Below, piece after piece: positions 37,183-47,926 of a DNA stretch of 64,000 nt. The translations under genes and the position numbers were made by a program. Under the pieces are notes generated by a model. That model was not told where the DNA came from. It saw only the letters and a list, made by a program, of their open reading frames with translations, and did not search any database. The stretch's first letter is position 1, and each line of letters begins with the position of its first letter. Source of the DNA: Candidatus Kerfeldbacteria bacterium (GTDB lineage Bacteria; Patescibacteriota; Patescibacteriia; UBA10025; JAHIVO01). The stretch is from positions 984,007 through 1,048,006 of the forward strand of contig JACROE010000002.1 of NCBI GenBank assembly GCA_016214565.1. Reading direction: 5' to 3'.

Positions 37183-39138
37183 TTAATCGAAGGTTATTTC
37201 AACCAAACGATCCTGGGACAGAATGGATGAAAATGAAACTACAGTATCGGCTATTATGGTATCAATGTCAAGCCCAGCAGCTTGCTGCGGCGGCTGCTTC
37301 AAATCTATTCGTGCCGACACTGCATGATTTCCGGCTCCTGCTTGCTTCTGAATAAGAAGCTTATAAGAACCTGCGCTCATTTGATCGTAAATTCTTTTGG
37401 GTAAGTGGTATTTATAATGCAGCGTTTTTGATTCACCCGGCTCAATGCAAATAAACGCCCCAAAAGAAGTCTTTTGATACTCTTCAAGTGTTTCAACGCC
37501 ACCCACGTCGTCCATCTTGCAATCAACCATGGTGCCTTCTGATTTCAGTAATGTAGACCCTTCCGGAACATAGACCCGAGTGTACGTTCGATAACGAGTT
37601 GTTTTCCAGGTTATTGTTCCCGTATTCTCATAAGTAATGTTCACATCAGCTATCAAGTTCTCACCATCGCGCTCAACTGAATAGTTAATTGTCCTTCTAA
37701 CCACCGGATCAGTTTTCAAGCTTGCTAAGTTTGCATCAATAACTGACAAATAATCGTGATCAACTTGTTCAATTGCCCCACCCCAATTTTCCTTAAGAAT
37801 CATACTTTGGACGTACTCGTCGTTGGCATATAACAAAATTTGTTTTTCCTTAATATTTTGCTGAAATACTTCCCATAATTCTGGCCAACGACTTTTCGGC
37901 AGCGCGAGTACATCATCAAGGATAATTTTTGATAATACGCCGATTATTTCTTTGCGCTCGGACAATTCTAGACCTTGTCGTAGAAATCCACGTTCTACTT
38001 GATCCTGAAGCTGATCGGTAAAATTTTCAGAGGTAAACGTTAATCCGTTAACGGTTATTTCTCCGGTTAGCCCGAGTAACGACTGGATAAAGGTCGGGGT
38101 TATCGCAACCGTACCATCTAAGTTTTTTTCTGGACCTCGTTCTTCGCGATAAAACCACTGAGCCAATTCACCAGTAGTTGGAAAATCTGGTGACCAACTA
38201 GCCCCTCTTAAAAAAAGCTTTGGGGCGGCATTATAGCGAGCGACCTGCCATGGGGCGTCAACGTCAAGCCATTCTTCAGCTGGCTCATCCAAGTTGTATA
38301 CGTTATCGGTTACAAATGAAGTAATGTCGCCATCCCTAATTTTGAGAATGCCATAGGTTCCAATAAATCCACCAGACGGGGCCAACTCCGCATTATTTTC
38401 CAATAAAAAAAGATACGTTTTAGGTTCTGGATAGCCTGCTATTAAGGGTAAAATTTGACTCACGGATATCGCCTGATCCAAACCTGACTGCAAGAGCGGC
38501 ACCTGTTCTTTAAGTGGGGCAATAACCTCACTTATTTGCCGAATTAAGCCATGGCTGGGAATTTTGTCGACATAGGAAACGGCCTGATCAATAGACACCT
38601 TTGCTTCTTCAAGTTTTGGTTTTGAATTGTATATATCGGCAAGTAATTGATGTGTCTGCTCCTCTGTTAATGTTGCTAAACTAATTTCTTCGTCTTTCGT
38701 AAGTGGGGCGACGATTGACGAGGCTATTGCAGAAACATCATGAACTGACTGGCCAGTAGCTATTCCTACAGAAAATAAATTATCGATTGCCTTAATTTGA
38801 GTTCCTAACCAAGGCGCATGCTGCAGCCAAAGAAATTTTTTAAACGTTTTTTGGGCCGATGTAAAATCATTTATTGCTGCATCAAGGAGAATCTGCGCAC
38901 CACTGAAATCCTGGGCAAGTAATGAATCCTGTGCTTTTAAAAAGGAATCTTTACCAGCCTTGCTCTGAGCCAGAACCTCCTGTGCGGGGGCCATGTATGT
39001 CCACCCAAGTACAATACAAAAAAGCGACAACATAACAATCCCCCCAAAACAATACCACCATACTTTTTTTCGTGTTTTGCGGGGCGGATGATAAATTACT
39101 TTTGGATTTACAAAGTTTCTAATCTTTTTATTTTTCAT
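37183..39138 (-). CDS. DUF4012 domain membrane-anchored protein
   Basis: YLFLLENNAELAPSGGFIG, WSPDFP, YTRVYVPEGS. Confidence 0.85.
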   Translation of the reverse strand: MKNKKIRNFVNPKVIYHPPRKTRKKVWWYCFGGIVMLSLFCIVLGWTYMAPAQEVLAQSKAGKDSFLKAQDSLLAQDFSGAQILLDAAINDFTSAQKTFKKFLWLQHAPWLGTQIKAIDNLFSVGIATGQSVHDVSAIASSIVAPLTKDEEISLATLTEEQTHQLLADIYNSKPKLEEAKVSIDQAVSYVDKIPSHGLIRQISEVIAPLKEQVPLLQSGLDQAISVSQILPLIAGYPEPKTYLFLLENNAELAPSGGFIGTYGILKIRDGDITSFVTDNVYNLDEPAEEWLDVDAPWQVARYNAAPKLFLRGASWSPDFPTTGELAQWFYREERGPEKNLDGTVAITPTFIQSLLGLTGEITVNGLTFTSENFTDQLQDQVERGFLRQGLELSERKEIIGVLSKIILDDVLALPKSRWPELWEVFQQNIKEKQILLYANDEYVQSMILKENWGGAIEQVDHDYLSVIDANLASLKTDPVVRRTINYSVERDGENLIADVNITYENTGTITWKTTRYRTYTRVYVPEGSTLLKSEGTMVDCKMDDVGGVETLEEYQKTSFGAFICIEPGESKTLHYKYHLPKRIYDQMSAGSYKLLIQKQAGAGNHAVSARIDLKQPPQQAAGLDIDTIIADTVVSFSSILSQDRLVEITFD

Positions 39139-39225
39139 AGAGGAACCAGATTTCTAACCACTTATTCAAGATTAATACTAAAAAATACTTGTTTAATGCG
39201 TAATTTTTGAGCCTTTAGTCAAACT

Positions 39226-39254
39226 ATTATACCAAATTATTTGAATAGACTCAA
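39226..39254 (-). promoter_or_regulatory. Promoter upstream of the DUF4012 gene
   Basis: TTGAGT-N17-TATAAT with TG extension. Confidence 0.6.
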
Positions 39255-39295
39255 GTAATGCACTAATCGTGAAATGGTAAATACTTTTTAACAAT

Positions 39296-40780
39296 CTAGT
39301 CCGAAACACCAAAATGATACAGCGTCCCAATTTCACTTACGACATGTTTGTTATACAAACTGTAATCAAACGGCTTTATTGGATTAGAAAATTTGAGAAG
39401 CAATTCTGGATAAAAATATTCACTTTTTATGGCCAACATACCGTTAATCCGATCAAATGCGCCATAATCATCAAGATATTGAAATTGTCCATTTTTAATT
39501 TCAGAAAATAACTGAGTATTCGACAGCAAGCCAGATTCGGTAATTTGCCCATAGGTGTATGGATCGAGTTCAATTTTTGACGCAGTCGCGTGCGCTACCA
39601 AAGGGTCCTCGACCAAAATTCGCGATGAACGTCTAATAGTAGATACCTCTTGGTTAAATATGTTTAGCCGTTCTGTGGCGTAGGTTTGCACATCCCATGG
39701 CATGGCGGAATATGACCAAAGGACGAAAAAAAACTGTAGGACAAACAATAGAGGGTAGACATGCGCAGCTGGTGCCCGTTGTAATGTATCCCAGGGTACC
39801 GTCGTGCAGGCCGCTAGGACAACCGCCAGAATAAATTCGATGAGATAATTTTGTATTCCCCCATCACGCAATAGCATTAAACCAGTCAGCGCACTACACA
39901 CAACATATATAGAAAGTAGATTTTTTGGTTTACTGATAATTCTTTTGACTGAGGCTATAATGAAAGGGGTTGCGGTTATAGCCGTAATTGCCACAATTCT
40001 AAATGCAGTATACAAATTTCCATAAGAAACCAACCCCGTATATACAAATACCTGTTTTGTAAACTCACCTTTTGTCCAATAATGAAGAAGGAGTATACCA
40101 AGTGTAAGGCACGACGCGTAAATTCCAGCGAAACTTAACAAGTTCTTCTTGTTGCTATTTAAACCCAAATAAATACTATATGCCAGAGGGGCAAACACAA
40201 AATTTTGCTTTGTAAAAAAAGCGAGCGCAAAAATAACTGATGGTATTACGATCCTTAAAAAGTTAATTCGCCACGGAACAACAGTTGTGGCCAACCCGAG
40301 ACAAATTAAAAAAAGGCCAAACATGTCGGGTCGTGCCACACTGCTCCACTGGGATATGACAAATGCGCTCAAAAACAATAAAGCGGCAAATAGACTTGCA
40401 AATAAACTGTGCGTGTACTTTTTTACAATATACCCGACACTTACTCCGCTGCCTAGGAAAAAAATAAATGAAAGGGTTCGCAGAACAGATATATCAGACC
40501 CAAACAGTTTCATCAAGACAGCGCTTACATAATTGAAAAGTGGGGTATAAAAACCAAATATATACGGCCCGGAAACAATATTTTGGTATATTGATTCCCC
40601 TTGCAGAATACTCAGTGAATTGGTAAAAATAAACCCTTCGGCATAATCGAGCCTAAAAGGCACTTCCGCAACAATAAAAAATTTCCAAAAAACACCTACT
40701 GTCGCAAGCAGCGGGATAGTAACTAATAATACTTTTCTCAAGTAAAATTTACCGTCTAGATTGGGACTGACATTGAGCAT
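39296..40780 (-). CDS. GT-C fold (ArnT/PMT-like) membrane glycosyltransferase
   Basis: DYAEG, FYTPLF, ARPDM, AFFTKQ; many TMs; start could be 40780 or 40828. Confidence 0.7.
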   Translation of the reverse strand: MLNVSPNLDGKFYLRKVLLVTIPLLATVGVFWKFFIVAEVPFRLDYAEGFIFTNSLSILQGESIYQNIVSGPYIFGFYTPLFNYVSAVLMKLFGSDISVLRTLSFIFFLGSGVSVGYIVKKYTHSLFASLFAALLFLSAFVISQWSSVARPDMFGLFLICLGLATTVVPWRINFLRIVIPSVIFALAFFTKQNFVFAPLAYSIYLGLNSNKKNLLSFAGIYASCLTLGILLLHYWTKGEFTKQVFVYTGLVSYGNLYTAFRIVAITAITATPFIIASVKRIISKPKNLLSIYVVCSALTGLMLLRDGGIQNYLIEFILAVVLAACTTVPWDTLQRAPAAHVYPLLFVLQFFFVLWSYSAMPWDVQTYATERLNIFNQEVSTIRRSSRILVEDPLVAHATASKIELDPYTYGQITESGLLSNTQLFSEIKNGQFQYLDDYGAFDRINGMLAIKSEYFYPELLLKFSNPIKPFDYSLYNKHVVSEIGTLYHFGVSD

Positions 40781-40834
40781 AGTGACTGCAACGACTAGAG
40801 TAAGTAGCCGCCTTGCTGAGAACAGCAAAGTTGC

Positions 40835-41665
40835 TTATGTAGCAGTTTTACCATGAATCTGCTGTTTGCCCAAATACTTCCACACATATTTTAACCACGA
40901 AATAATGTGAACCCTGGTCTGTCGATTTAGCATAATTGATATCAAGCCGTGTTGTTTTGCAGATCCCCTGCCGTGGTAGTGGACAACCTCGATGAGGTGA
41001 ATATACATCACGTGCCAATCTGATTCCCAAAATCTGCGACACCAGTCGACGTCCTCAAAATACATAAAAAAACGTTCGTCCATCAATCCGACGTGTTGGA
41101 GCGCTTCGTGTCGAACAATCATACCAGTCCCAATTACCCAATCCACTGCACGCGTCTCGTTATGATCCCAGTCAAGCATCAAATAGCGACTAATGGCCTT
41201 TTTTGCAAAGCTAAATGAACCAAGGAACGTTCGTCGATACAGCGGATATACAAACTTCGGAAACATGCATGAAGATGCTTGAGTTGTGCCATTTGGGTTA
41301 ATTAATTTCGGGCCGGCCAAACCAACTTTGGGGTGAGTATCCATAAATTCAACCATACGTTCAATTGTCCGAGGCTGAACCAACGTGGTGTCCATATTTA
41401 GGATGAGGTAATAACGGGATTCAACTGAACGAATCCCAAAGTTTACCGCTTTGGCATACCCGCCATTATGTTCCAAAGGAATTAAACGTGCTTCCGGAAA
41501 TTGTTCACGAACCATGGCAACGCTGTCGTCATTGGAATTATTGTCAATAACAACTACAGTTGCTTTATCACGTGGCAACGTAAGATTATCGAAAATAGAC
41601 TTAAGGCATTGTCGAAGCAAGCCTCGAGCATTGTAATTGACGATAACAATGGATACGTCAAGCAT
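40835..41665 (-). CDS. Glycosyltransferase family 2 (rhamnosyltransferase-like)
   Basis: SIVIVNYN, DNNSND, FFMYFEDVDWC. Confidence 0.92.
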   Translation of the reverse strand: MLDVSIVIVNYNARGLLRQCLKSIFDNLTLPRDKATVVVIDNNSNDDSVAMVREQFPEARLIPLEHNGGYAKAVNFGIRSVESRYYLILNMDTTLVQPRTIERMVEFMDTHPKVGLAGPKLINPNGTTQASSCMFPKFVYPLYRRTFLGSFSFAKKAISRYLMLDWDHNETRAVDWVIGTGMIVRHEALQHVGLMDERFFMYFEDVDWCRRFWESDWHVMYIHLIEVVHYHGRGSAKQHGLISIMLNRQTRVHIISWLKYVWKYLGKQQIHGKTAT

Positions 41666-41713
41666 AAGTAATCACGTCAGTAGCTGCAAGTATACAATTT
41701 TTAAACTCTTTTT

Positions 41714-43234
41714 TCAAGCTTTCCATAGCCTCCCCCCAGATCCTGCTTGAGAAGAAACCGTAAAATATTGTATGCATAAAATAACAAAGAATATGCCAAG
41801 CGGATGATTAAGAAAAGGGGTGGTTATGTGAATGCACATCAGGATCAGCAAACAGCTGAGTAAACCAATTATAAACAAACGCTCTTCATCATCTTGACTC
41901 GCCTGATGTACCTGTATGCCAAATTTAAAAACCCGATACATAAAATATGCAATAACAGCTAATCCAACTAACCCTACTTCCGTCAATATATCGAGATAAC
42001 CCCATTCAAAAGCAAAGGAGGTATATACGCCATTGTTAACTTCGAGCGCACGTGGTGCAACAGATTGGTATGTTACGGTTGTGCCATAGCCACTGCCCAT
42101 AATTGGTCGGGTGCGTATTGTATCGATGAGTGGATCAAGCAAAGCGAAGCGACTACTTGCTGCTGGTTCATCTAAATCAGTCACTCGATCAACGAGTAAA
42201 TCACCTGTATTTACGAGTTCCCCTGATAGACCAGGTAATGGCAAATAGATAAGAAATGCATTAATACCGAGTCCAAGCGCTACAACTATGCATGTGCCGA
42301 TCGCTATACCGATGAACTCGCGAAATGAAATTAATTTTTTTATCAATAATATTGAAAACGAAATGGTCAAACCCATCGCCAACCCGAGCCAAAAACTTCT
42401 TGAGTAGCTAATTAGTATTACACTCATTGAAAGAACAATCATAATAATTAACAATACCCTTGATTTAAGCGAGTTTTTCCGACGAACGTAACTTATAAGC
42501 ACAAAAGCAGCGATGACCATGGCAAATACAATCCACAAATGACTTTGGAAAAAAATTCGACTGACACTGCCGACAACGGCTGTTATTTCACCTATTCGTG
42601 TAACTCGAAGCCAACGATAAGCAAACTTAATCAATGACTCGTCAGAAACATGACTAAAATACACTAGTACCAGGTACGTTTTGATAATAACCCAAGTACA
42701 AGCAGCTGATATAACAATAAACAGTTTTTTAAAATCATTTTTTGAAAAAACGATATCAGAAATGACTAAGAGTAGCAGAAAGAATAAATAGCTATTTGCG
42801 TCATTGAATACTGCTGACAATCCATTGCCATGAGCAATACCCAGTAAAATCCCAAAACTGACAATTATTCCCAGTGCAATTATGGGCTTGATTAAAGGGT
42901 TTTTAAAAAAGTAGAGGGTCCGGAATCTGAATCGTCGAATAAGCCAGGCCAAAAAAACTGCAGCAAAAATCGCTATCCGCACAGAAATCCGGGTATCATG
43001 AACCTGAAAATAGAAAAGATAGCCAAACGAACCAATTACAATTTCCGTAGCAACTATACAAAGCCCAGCAAACGGAAATCGCAAGCTGAGCACAAACGTA
43101 AGCACCCCAATTAAAAAAAATGTAGCGGTATTTACGATCGGTTGCTGAAAACCAATTAAAGATAGCATTTCAAAGCATACAATACAAATAATTGAAATGT
43201 AAAATATACTTTTGTTTTTGAAAAAAGTAGTCAC
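41714..43234 (-). CDS. O-antigen ligase/Wzy-like membrane protein
   Basis: About 12 TMs, SYSRSFWLG, SRF...PIMGSGYG, E.GLVG. Confidence 0.8.
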   Translation of the reverse strand: MTTFFKNKSIFYISIICIVCFEMLSLIGFQQPIVNTATFFLIGVLTFVLSLRFPFAGLCIVATEIVIGSFGYLFYFQVHDTRISVRIAIFAAVFLAWLIRRFRFRTLYFFKNPLIKPIIALGIIVSFGILLGIAHGNGLSAVFNDANSYLFFLLLLVISDIVFSKNDFKKLFIVISAACTWVIIKTYLVLVYFSHVSDESLIKFAYRWLRVTRIGEITAVVGSVSRIFFQSHLWIVFAMVIAAFVLISYVRRKNSLKSRVLLIIMIVLSMSVILISYSRSFWLGLAMGLTISFSILLIKKLISFREFIGIAIGTCIVVALGLGINAFLIYLPLPGLSGELVNTGDLLVDRVTDLDEPAASSRFALLDPLIDTIRTRPIMGSGYGTTVTYQSVAPRALEVNNGVYTSFAFEWGYLDILTEVGLVGLAVIAYFMYRVFKFGIQVHQASQDDEERLFIIGLLSCLLILMCIHITTPFLNHPLGIFFVILCIQYFTVSSQAGSGGRLWKA

Positions 43235-44100
43235 AAATTTCTCTTAACTTTATGAATTCGAAACACTGATTGCAACAAGCCAAGAATGATGTTTAGAAAA
43301 GCAAACGGCAAAAGTAATATATAGTATAGTACGCCTTTATTTTTAAAAAAGTAGTGAAGCATGCTGTGGCACATAATTAACTGAAGGGCGTATGGCTGCC
43401 GCTGTTTAAAACTGGCGGCCTTTTCATGAACAATCTGAATAGCGGGATTGTAGAATGTTTTCCATCCTTTTGAGGCCGCACGATAGCAGTAGTCAACTTC
43501 CTCATACCAAATAAAATATCGTTCGTCCAATAGTCCTATCAGATTCACCAGGCTACGCCGAAAAGCAAAAAAAGCACCCATTACTTGGTCCACGGGCGCC
43601 TCTAGAGTATAGTTAAATTGGGAACAATAATAGTGTTGCAAAATGGAGATATTTGGAAAGAAATTGTGAAGCTTAGTCAAAATAATCATGTGCGAAAGTA
43701 GGTCAGGAAAACGGCGAACTGACCATTGGGTAGAACCATCTGGAAAGATTAAATGTGGGCCCATAATTCCAGCTTCAGCGTGCTGAGCAAAAAACGATAC
43801 AGTCGCATTTAAGGAATTATTTGTTAAAACAGTGTCGGGATTCAATAAAATTATGCACTCACCTTGTGACTGGCTTATGGCTTGATTACAAGCTCGAGCA
43901 AATCCAAAGTTTTTTTTGTTATATATGGCGGTTATAATTGAGCCATATGATTCAATAATTTCTTGAGTTCCGTCAGTTGATGCGTTATCCACAACAAAGA
44001 TCTCACGCGAAACCGCTTGTTGCGTATTAAATATTGAATCTAAACAACGACGAATTTGTTGTCGACTGTTCCAGCTAACAATAATTATTGAAACATCCAT
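43231..44100 (-). CDS. Glycosyltransferase family 2
   Basis: VVDNASTD, LLNPD, YFIWYEEVD. Confidence 0.92.
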   Translation of the reverse strand: MDVSIIIVSWNSRQQIRRCLDSIFNTQQAVSREIFVVDNASTDGTQEIIESYGSIITAIYNKKNFGFARACNQAISQSQGECIILLNPDTVLTNNSLNATVSFFAQHAEAGIMGPHLIFPDGSTQWSVRRFPDLLSHMIILTKLHNFFPNISILQHYYCSQFNYTLEAPVDQVMGAFFAFRRSLVNLIGLLDERYFIWYEEVDYCYRAASKGWKTFYNPAIQIVHEKAASFKQRQPYALQLIMCHSMLHYFFKNKGVLYYILLLPFAFLNIILGLLQSVFRIHKVKRNL

Positions 44101-44112
44101 GATTGAAGCAAT

Positions 44113-44763
44113 TTAGCTAAAAAACTGAGTAATTTTTCGAAAAATGAGTTTAATAATGTTGGTTAGTGAGTATGAAGAAATACCACCTGCGCGCATTGGT
44201 GCATAAAACAATCGCTTATTAACCCAGCAGCCGGTATCCCCGCGCTCAAGCATCCGCTTCCATAAATCCCAATCTTGAAATTTATATAATGATTCATCAA
44301 ATCCAATGAACCTTTCCCGCCGAATTAATGACATGGTACTTATGTAATTCTCTTTTTTTAAACGGTTTGCATCAAAAGGAAACAAATCAAATGTATGAAA
44401 GCCAAATTTAAAATTTGAATAGCAATAGGCTGAGCGTGGATTACGAGATAATTCAGACAGCATATCTGAAATCATTGTATTAGTCAGTACCACATCTGCA
44501 TCGCAGAAAAGCACGTACTCACCTTTTGATACTTTAAAACCTGCATTGCGAGCGGCTGACGCGCCTAGATTTTTTTGATAAATAATCGTAATTTTGTTTT
44601 GATATTTTTTAAGAACTAATAATGTTTGATCAGTAGACCCATCATCGACAGCAATTACCTCTAGGAATGGGTATGTTTGTTTGAAAATTGAATCAAGCGT
44701 CTTTTCAATAGTGTCCGCCGCTTGATAACAAGGAATGATAATACTAATTAAAACTTGATTCAT
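44113..44763 (-). CDS. Glycosyltransferase family 2
   Basis: VDDGSTD, SAARN, FCDAD, QDWDLW. Confidence 0.92.
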   Translation of the reverse strand: MNQVLISIIIPCYQAADTIEKTLDSIFKQTYPFLEVIAVDDGSTDQTLLVLKKYQNKITIIYQKNLGASAARNAGFKVSKGEYVLFCDADVVLTNTMISDMLSELSRNPRSAYCYSNFKFGFHTFDLFPFDANRLKKENYISTMSLIRRERFIGFDESLYKFQDWDLWKRMLERGDTGCWVNKRLFYAPMRAGGISSYSLTNIIKLIFRKITQFFS

Positions 44764-45899
44764 GACAATAAACTAATAATGGCGTTTGCCTGGTCAATGG
44801 TAGAGTATTTTTCGTTCACAAATTGTTTCCCAGCGTCACCGAGTGATTGTGCGCGCTGAGGATTAGAAAGCAGATCAATAATTGCATTCGCTATCTCATT
44901 TATTGATTCAGGGTTAACTAAAATACCCGTTTTGCCATCATGTATTGCTTCCGGGATGCCGCCAGTATTACCGCCAATTACCGGTTTACCGAAAGACGAT
45001 GCTTCTAAGTACACCATGCCAAAACCCTCTACATCGCAGAGCTCACCTTGTGCATCTTTCAATGCACGTGAAGGCATAATAAACATATCAGCAGCGGTAT
45101 AATAAAGATTCAACTCATTATCAGCGAGCTTACCCTTGAATACGACATTATCAAGTAAATTTAAATCTCGTACTAATTTTTTCAACTCCTCTTCCTTAGG
45201 ACCTTTTCCAATAATGATATATTTAATCGTTGGAAACTTTCTTTTTACTAAAGTCAGCGCACGTATAACCTGATCGTGGCCTTTTCGCGATACTAAATTT
45301 CCGACAGTTAGTAAGATTTGCCACCCAAATAAATCGTTATTTTTTTTAAAAGCGTCAACATCATTTCTACTAACTGCGGAACCAAAAAAACGCGGAAAAT
45401 AAGGATATGCGACGACCGTTGATTGTTCATGTGCACCGAGGCTTACAGCTAACTTTTTTGTAAACTCACTATTTGCAATCACGCCATCAGCTTGCCTCAA
45501 TATTGATTGTATTAACGCATGTTTGCGATTATTTCCTTGAGAAATAACTAAATCCTGCCCGTACACATACACAACGTAGGGAATGTGAAAGAATTTTTTT
45601 ATAATCAACGCTGCTGTACCAATAGGCAAAATTTGACCAGCCTGAATCAACTCAACTTTTTCCTGGCGAGCGATTTTCAGCATATGCCACACAAGCAGCA
45701 ACCACCGCGGCCATATATACTGAGGACCGAGAAGTTTTCTTCGTACGATGGAAAAACTTGATTGAATTTTTACATCTGATGGTTGCGTTAAAACCACCAC
45801 ACTCTTTTCAGGAAAGGAAGTGCAAAAATTCCATAGTGAATGGCTAATACCACCAGTGACCGGCGGAAAATCAAAAGTTACTAATAACGATTTCTTCAT
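44760..45899 (-). CDS. Glycosyltransferase family 4
   Basis: DFPP..GGI, RKGHD, EGFGMVYLEA. Confidence 0.92.
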   Translation of the reverse strand: MKKSLLVTFDFPPVTGGISHSLWNFCTSFPEKSVVVLTQPSDVKIQSSFSIVRRKLLGPQYIWPRWLLLVWHMLKIARQEKVELIQAGQILPIGTAALIIKKFFHIPYVVYVYGQDLVISQGNNRKHALIQSILRQADGVIANSEFTKKLAVSLGAHEQSTVVAYPYFPRFFGSAVSRNDVDAFKKNNDLFGWQILLTVGNLVSRKGHDQVIRALTLVKRKFPTIKYIIIGKGPKEEELKKLVRDLNLLDNVVFKGKLADNELNLYYTAADMFIMPSRALKDAQGELCDVEGFGMVYLEASSFGKPVIGGNTGGIPEAIHDGKTGILVNPESINEIANAIIDLLSNPQRAQSLGDAGKQFVNEKYSTIDQANAIISLLS

Positions 45900-47377
45900 T
45901 TAAATCGATTTAATAATGCGCGCGAAAACGTCGCAATCTCGCTTCGATCAACGCCTTTTACAAGCAACAATATGCCAATGTATGTAACTGCCGCGATCGG
46001 AATAGTTATAAAAACTGAAATGTAATTTTGCAACACTACGATTACCCCTGCCATTACCAAAGCTGAAAGTGTCGACTTACCCAACACTGTAATAAGAAAT
46101 CGCTTGTCATAGGCGACTATCTTCCCTACCCAGCGTAAACCGAGGAAAAAAAGTATAAAGCCGCTAATAAATGCTGACAGAGCTGCACCATTAAATGAAT
46201 ATTTGGGAATAAGAAGAATGTTAAGAATAATGTTAATAGCCACCGTAATACCCATGTTCCGGGTGTTAATAACTTGCCGATTACACGCATTTAGAAATGC
46301 GCCAACGGGAAAATTTAGAAAAATTACAATTAAGCTAGAAATAAGTATTCTCAGTGGTAAGATTGAGGTTTCGTAATCAACGCCATATAGTGCAATCACC
46401 AGCTTGTCAGCAACGAGTACCATGCCGACGGAAATTGGTACGGCGATAATCATCAAATAATGCATCGCTTTCTGAAACGTTTTAGACAAATCAGCGTGAG
46501 AGTGTAAAAAATATGAGCTCATCGCAGGATAAATGCTTGCCGCGAAAGCAGAGGGAATAAATTCAAGCGCATAGGTCAACTTATGAGCTGTAGCATACCA
46601 GCCAGCGTGTCCTTGGCCATGAATGAAAAGGAGCATGAAACGATCGGTAAACGTGTAAAATTTGATAAAAATTGCGGCGATGGCAAACGGAAATGCCATT
46701 TTTAAAAATTTCACTATTATTTCCTTGTCCCAATGCAACCGTATGCGAATATTCAACCGACTTCGAATCATGTAAAAGGAAAAAATAAAATTGAAAACGC
46801 TGCCTATCACTACGGCAATAAAGAGAGATTGCAATCCCCACCCTAGCAGTAAACTGATAGAGCCAAATATAATAGTCAGTAACTGCGTGCCAATCATTCC
46901 GATTGATTCCCATTTCATGTTTTGCAAACCACGAAAAACAGCAAAAAATGTCAATGTAAACGTATCAAGGACAACAATGATTGCATCAAGGTACAGCACG
47001 ATTTTGACCATCGATGAATAGCCGGAAAAGTTCGTGAACAGTCCCATGCTGGTTATTATGACAAAAGCGAGTACGGCTTTAATTCCCAAAATGCTACTCA
47101 AATATTTTTCCACTCGGTCGGGAGATCGAGCAATCTCACGAACCATTACGGTACTTAAACTAAAGTCAATCAATATCAGCAAGATTGGAATCAATGATTT
47201 TATCGGATCATATAATCCAAGATCAACCGGCCCTAATTGGCGGGCAATAAAAATAAAATACAAAAAAGAAAGTACCTTCTGTATAATAAAGGCAATCGTT
47301 AAGTAGCTCGTATTCTTCAATATGCGTTCCTCGCTGGCAGTGGATTGATTACTAGATACTGCAGCTGATTGTGGCAT
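45896..47377 (-). CDS. Wzx-type flippase (MOP/PST family)
   Basis: Polytopic membrane protein; ARQLGP..LG.Y, AGWYATA, LIPKYSFNGAA. Confidence 0.88.
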   Translation of the reverse strand: MPQSAAVSSNQSTASEERILKNTSYLTIAFIIQKVLSFLYFIFIARQLGPVDLGLYDPIKSLIPILLILIDFSLSTVMVREIARSPDRVEKYLSSILGIKAVLAFVIITSMGLFTNFSGYSSMVKIVLYLDAIIVVLDTFTLTFFAVFRGLQNMKWESIGMIGTQLLTIIFGSISLLLGWGLQSLFIAVVIGSVFNFIFSFYMIRSRLNIRIRLHWDKEIIVKFLKMAFPFAIAAIFIKFYTFTDRFMLLFIHGQGHAGWYATAHKLTYALEFIPSAFAASIYPAMSSYFLHSHADLSKTFQKAMHYLMIIAVPISVGMVLVADKLVIALYGVDYETSILPLRILISSLIVIFLNFPVGAFLNACNRQVINTRNMGITVAINIILNILLIPKYSFNGAALSAFISGFILFFLGLRWVGKIVAYDKRFLITVLGKSTLSALVMAGVIVVLQNYISVFITIPIAAVTYIGILLLVKGVDRSEIATFSRALLNRFK

Positions 47378-47381
47378 GGTA

Positions 47382-47915
47382 TTACCGTTTCTGCCACTGA
47401 GGCGCTCGTCGAGCTTTCTTTAAACCGTATTTCTTTCGTTCTTTGACGCGGGCGTCGACTGTTAGCAATTTGTGCGACCTCAGCAGCGGTTTTAAATTTT
47501 CATCATGCTTAAGCAACACGCGGGCGATGCCTAAACGCACGCTTTCGGCCTGACCTTGAGTACCACCGCCGGAAACCTGAACTGAAAACGATCCCAAACC
47601 CTGCACGTTAGCAACTATTATTGGTTCTTGAACGATTCGCTGCCAACTTGGGTTATTAAAAAAAGCATTAAGTGGCTTCCCATTTACGAATAGTTCAGTC
47701 TGGTCTCCAATAATAAATCTAACTCGAGCAACCGATTGTTTGCGCCGACCGACGGCGTACAAATAGGTTTGTTTGCGCTTTGGCTTGGCGACAGGCACGT
47801 GTACAGGATGTTCCGGATGCTTTACCGGCGTCTTTTTGACATGCTTCTTCTCAGCTTTTTTCTTCGCTGGTGCTTTCTTTTTATGCACACCTGATTTTTT
47901 TATTGCAGTGGTCAT
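47382..47915 (-). CDS. rpsI: 30S ribosomal protein S9 with basic N-terminal extension
   Basis: GRRKQSVARV, GGGTQGQA, KERKKYGLKKARRAPQWQKR. Confidence 0.97.
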   Translation of the reverse strand: MTTAIKKSGVHKKKAPAKKKAEKKHVKKTPVKHPEHPVHVPVAKPKRKQTYLYAVGRRKQSVARVRFIIGDQTELFVNGKPLNAFFNNPSWQRIVQEPIIVANVQGLGSFSVQVSGGGTQGQAESVRLGIARVLLKHDENLKPLLRSHKLLTVDARVKERKKYGLKKARRAPQWQKR

Positions 47916-47926
47916 AGGTAAAAATA

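Noticed and set aside
43985-43993. Perfect DnaA box TTATCCACA
   Set aside because: Single copy inside a GT2 coding sequence (encodes part of VVDN); no cluster and no dnaA nearby.
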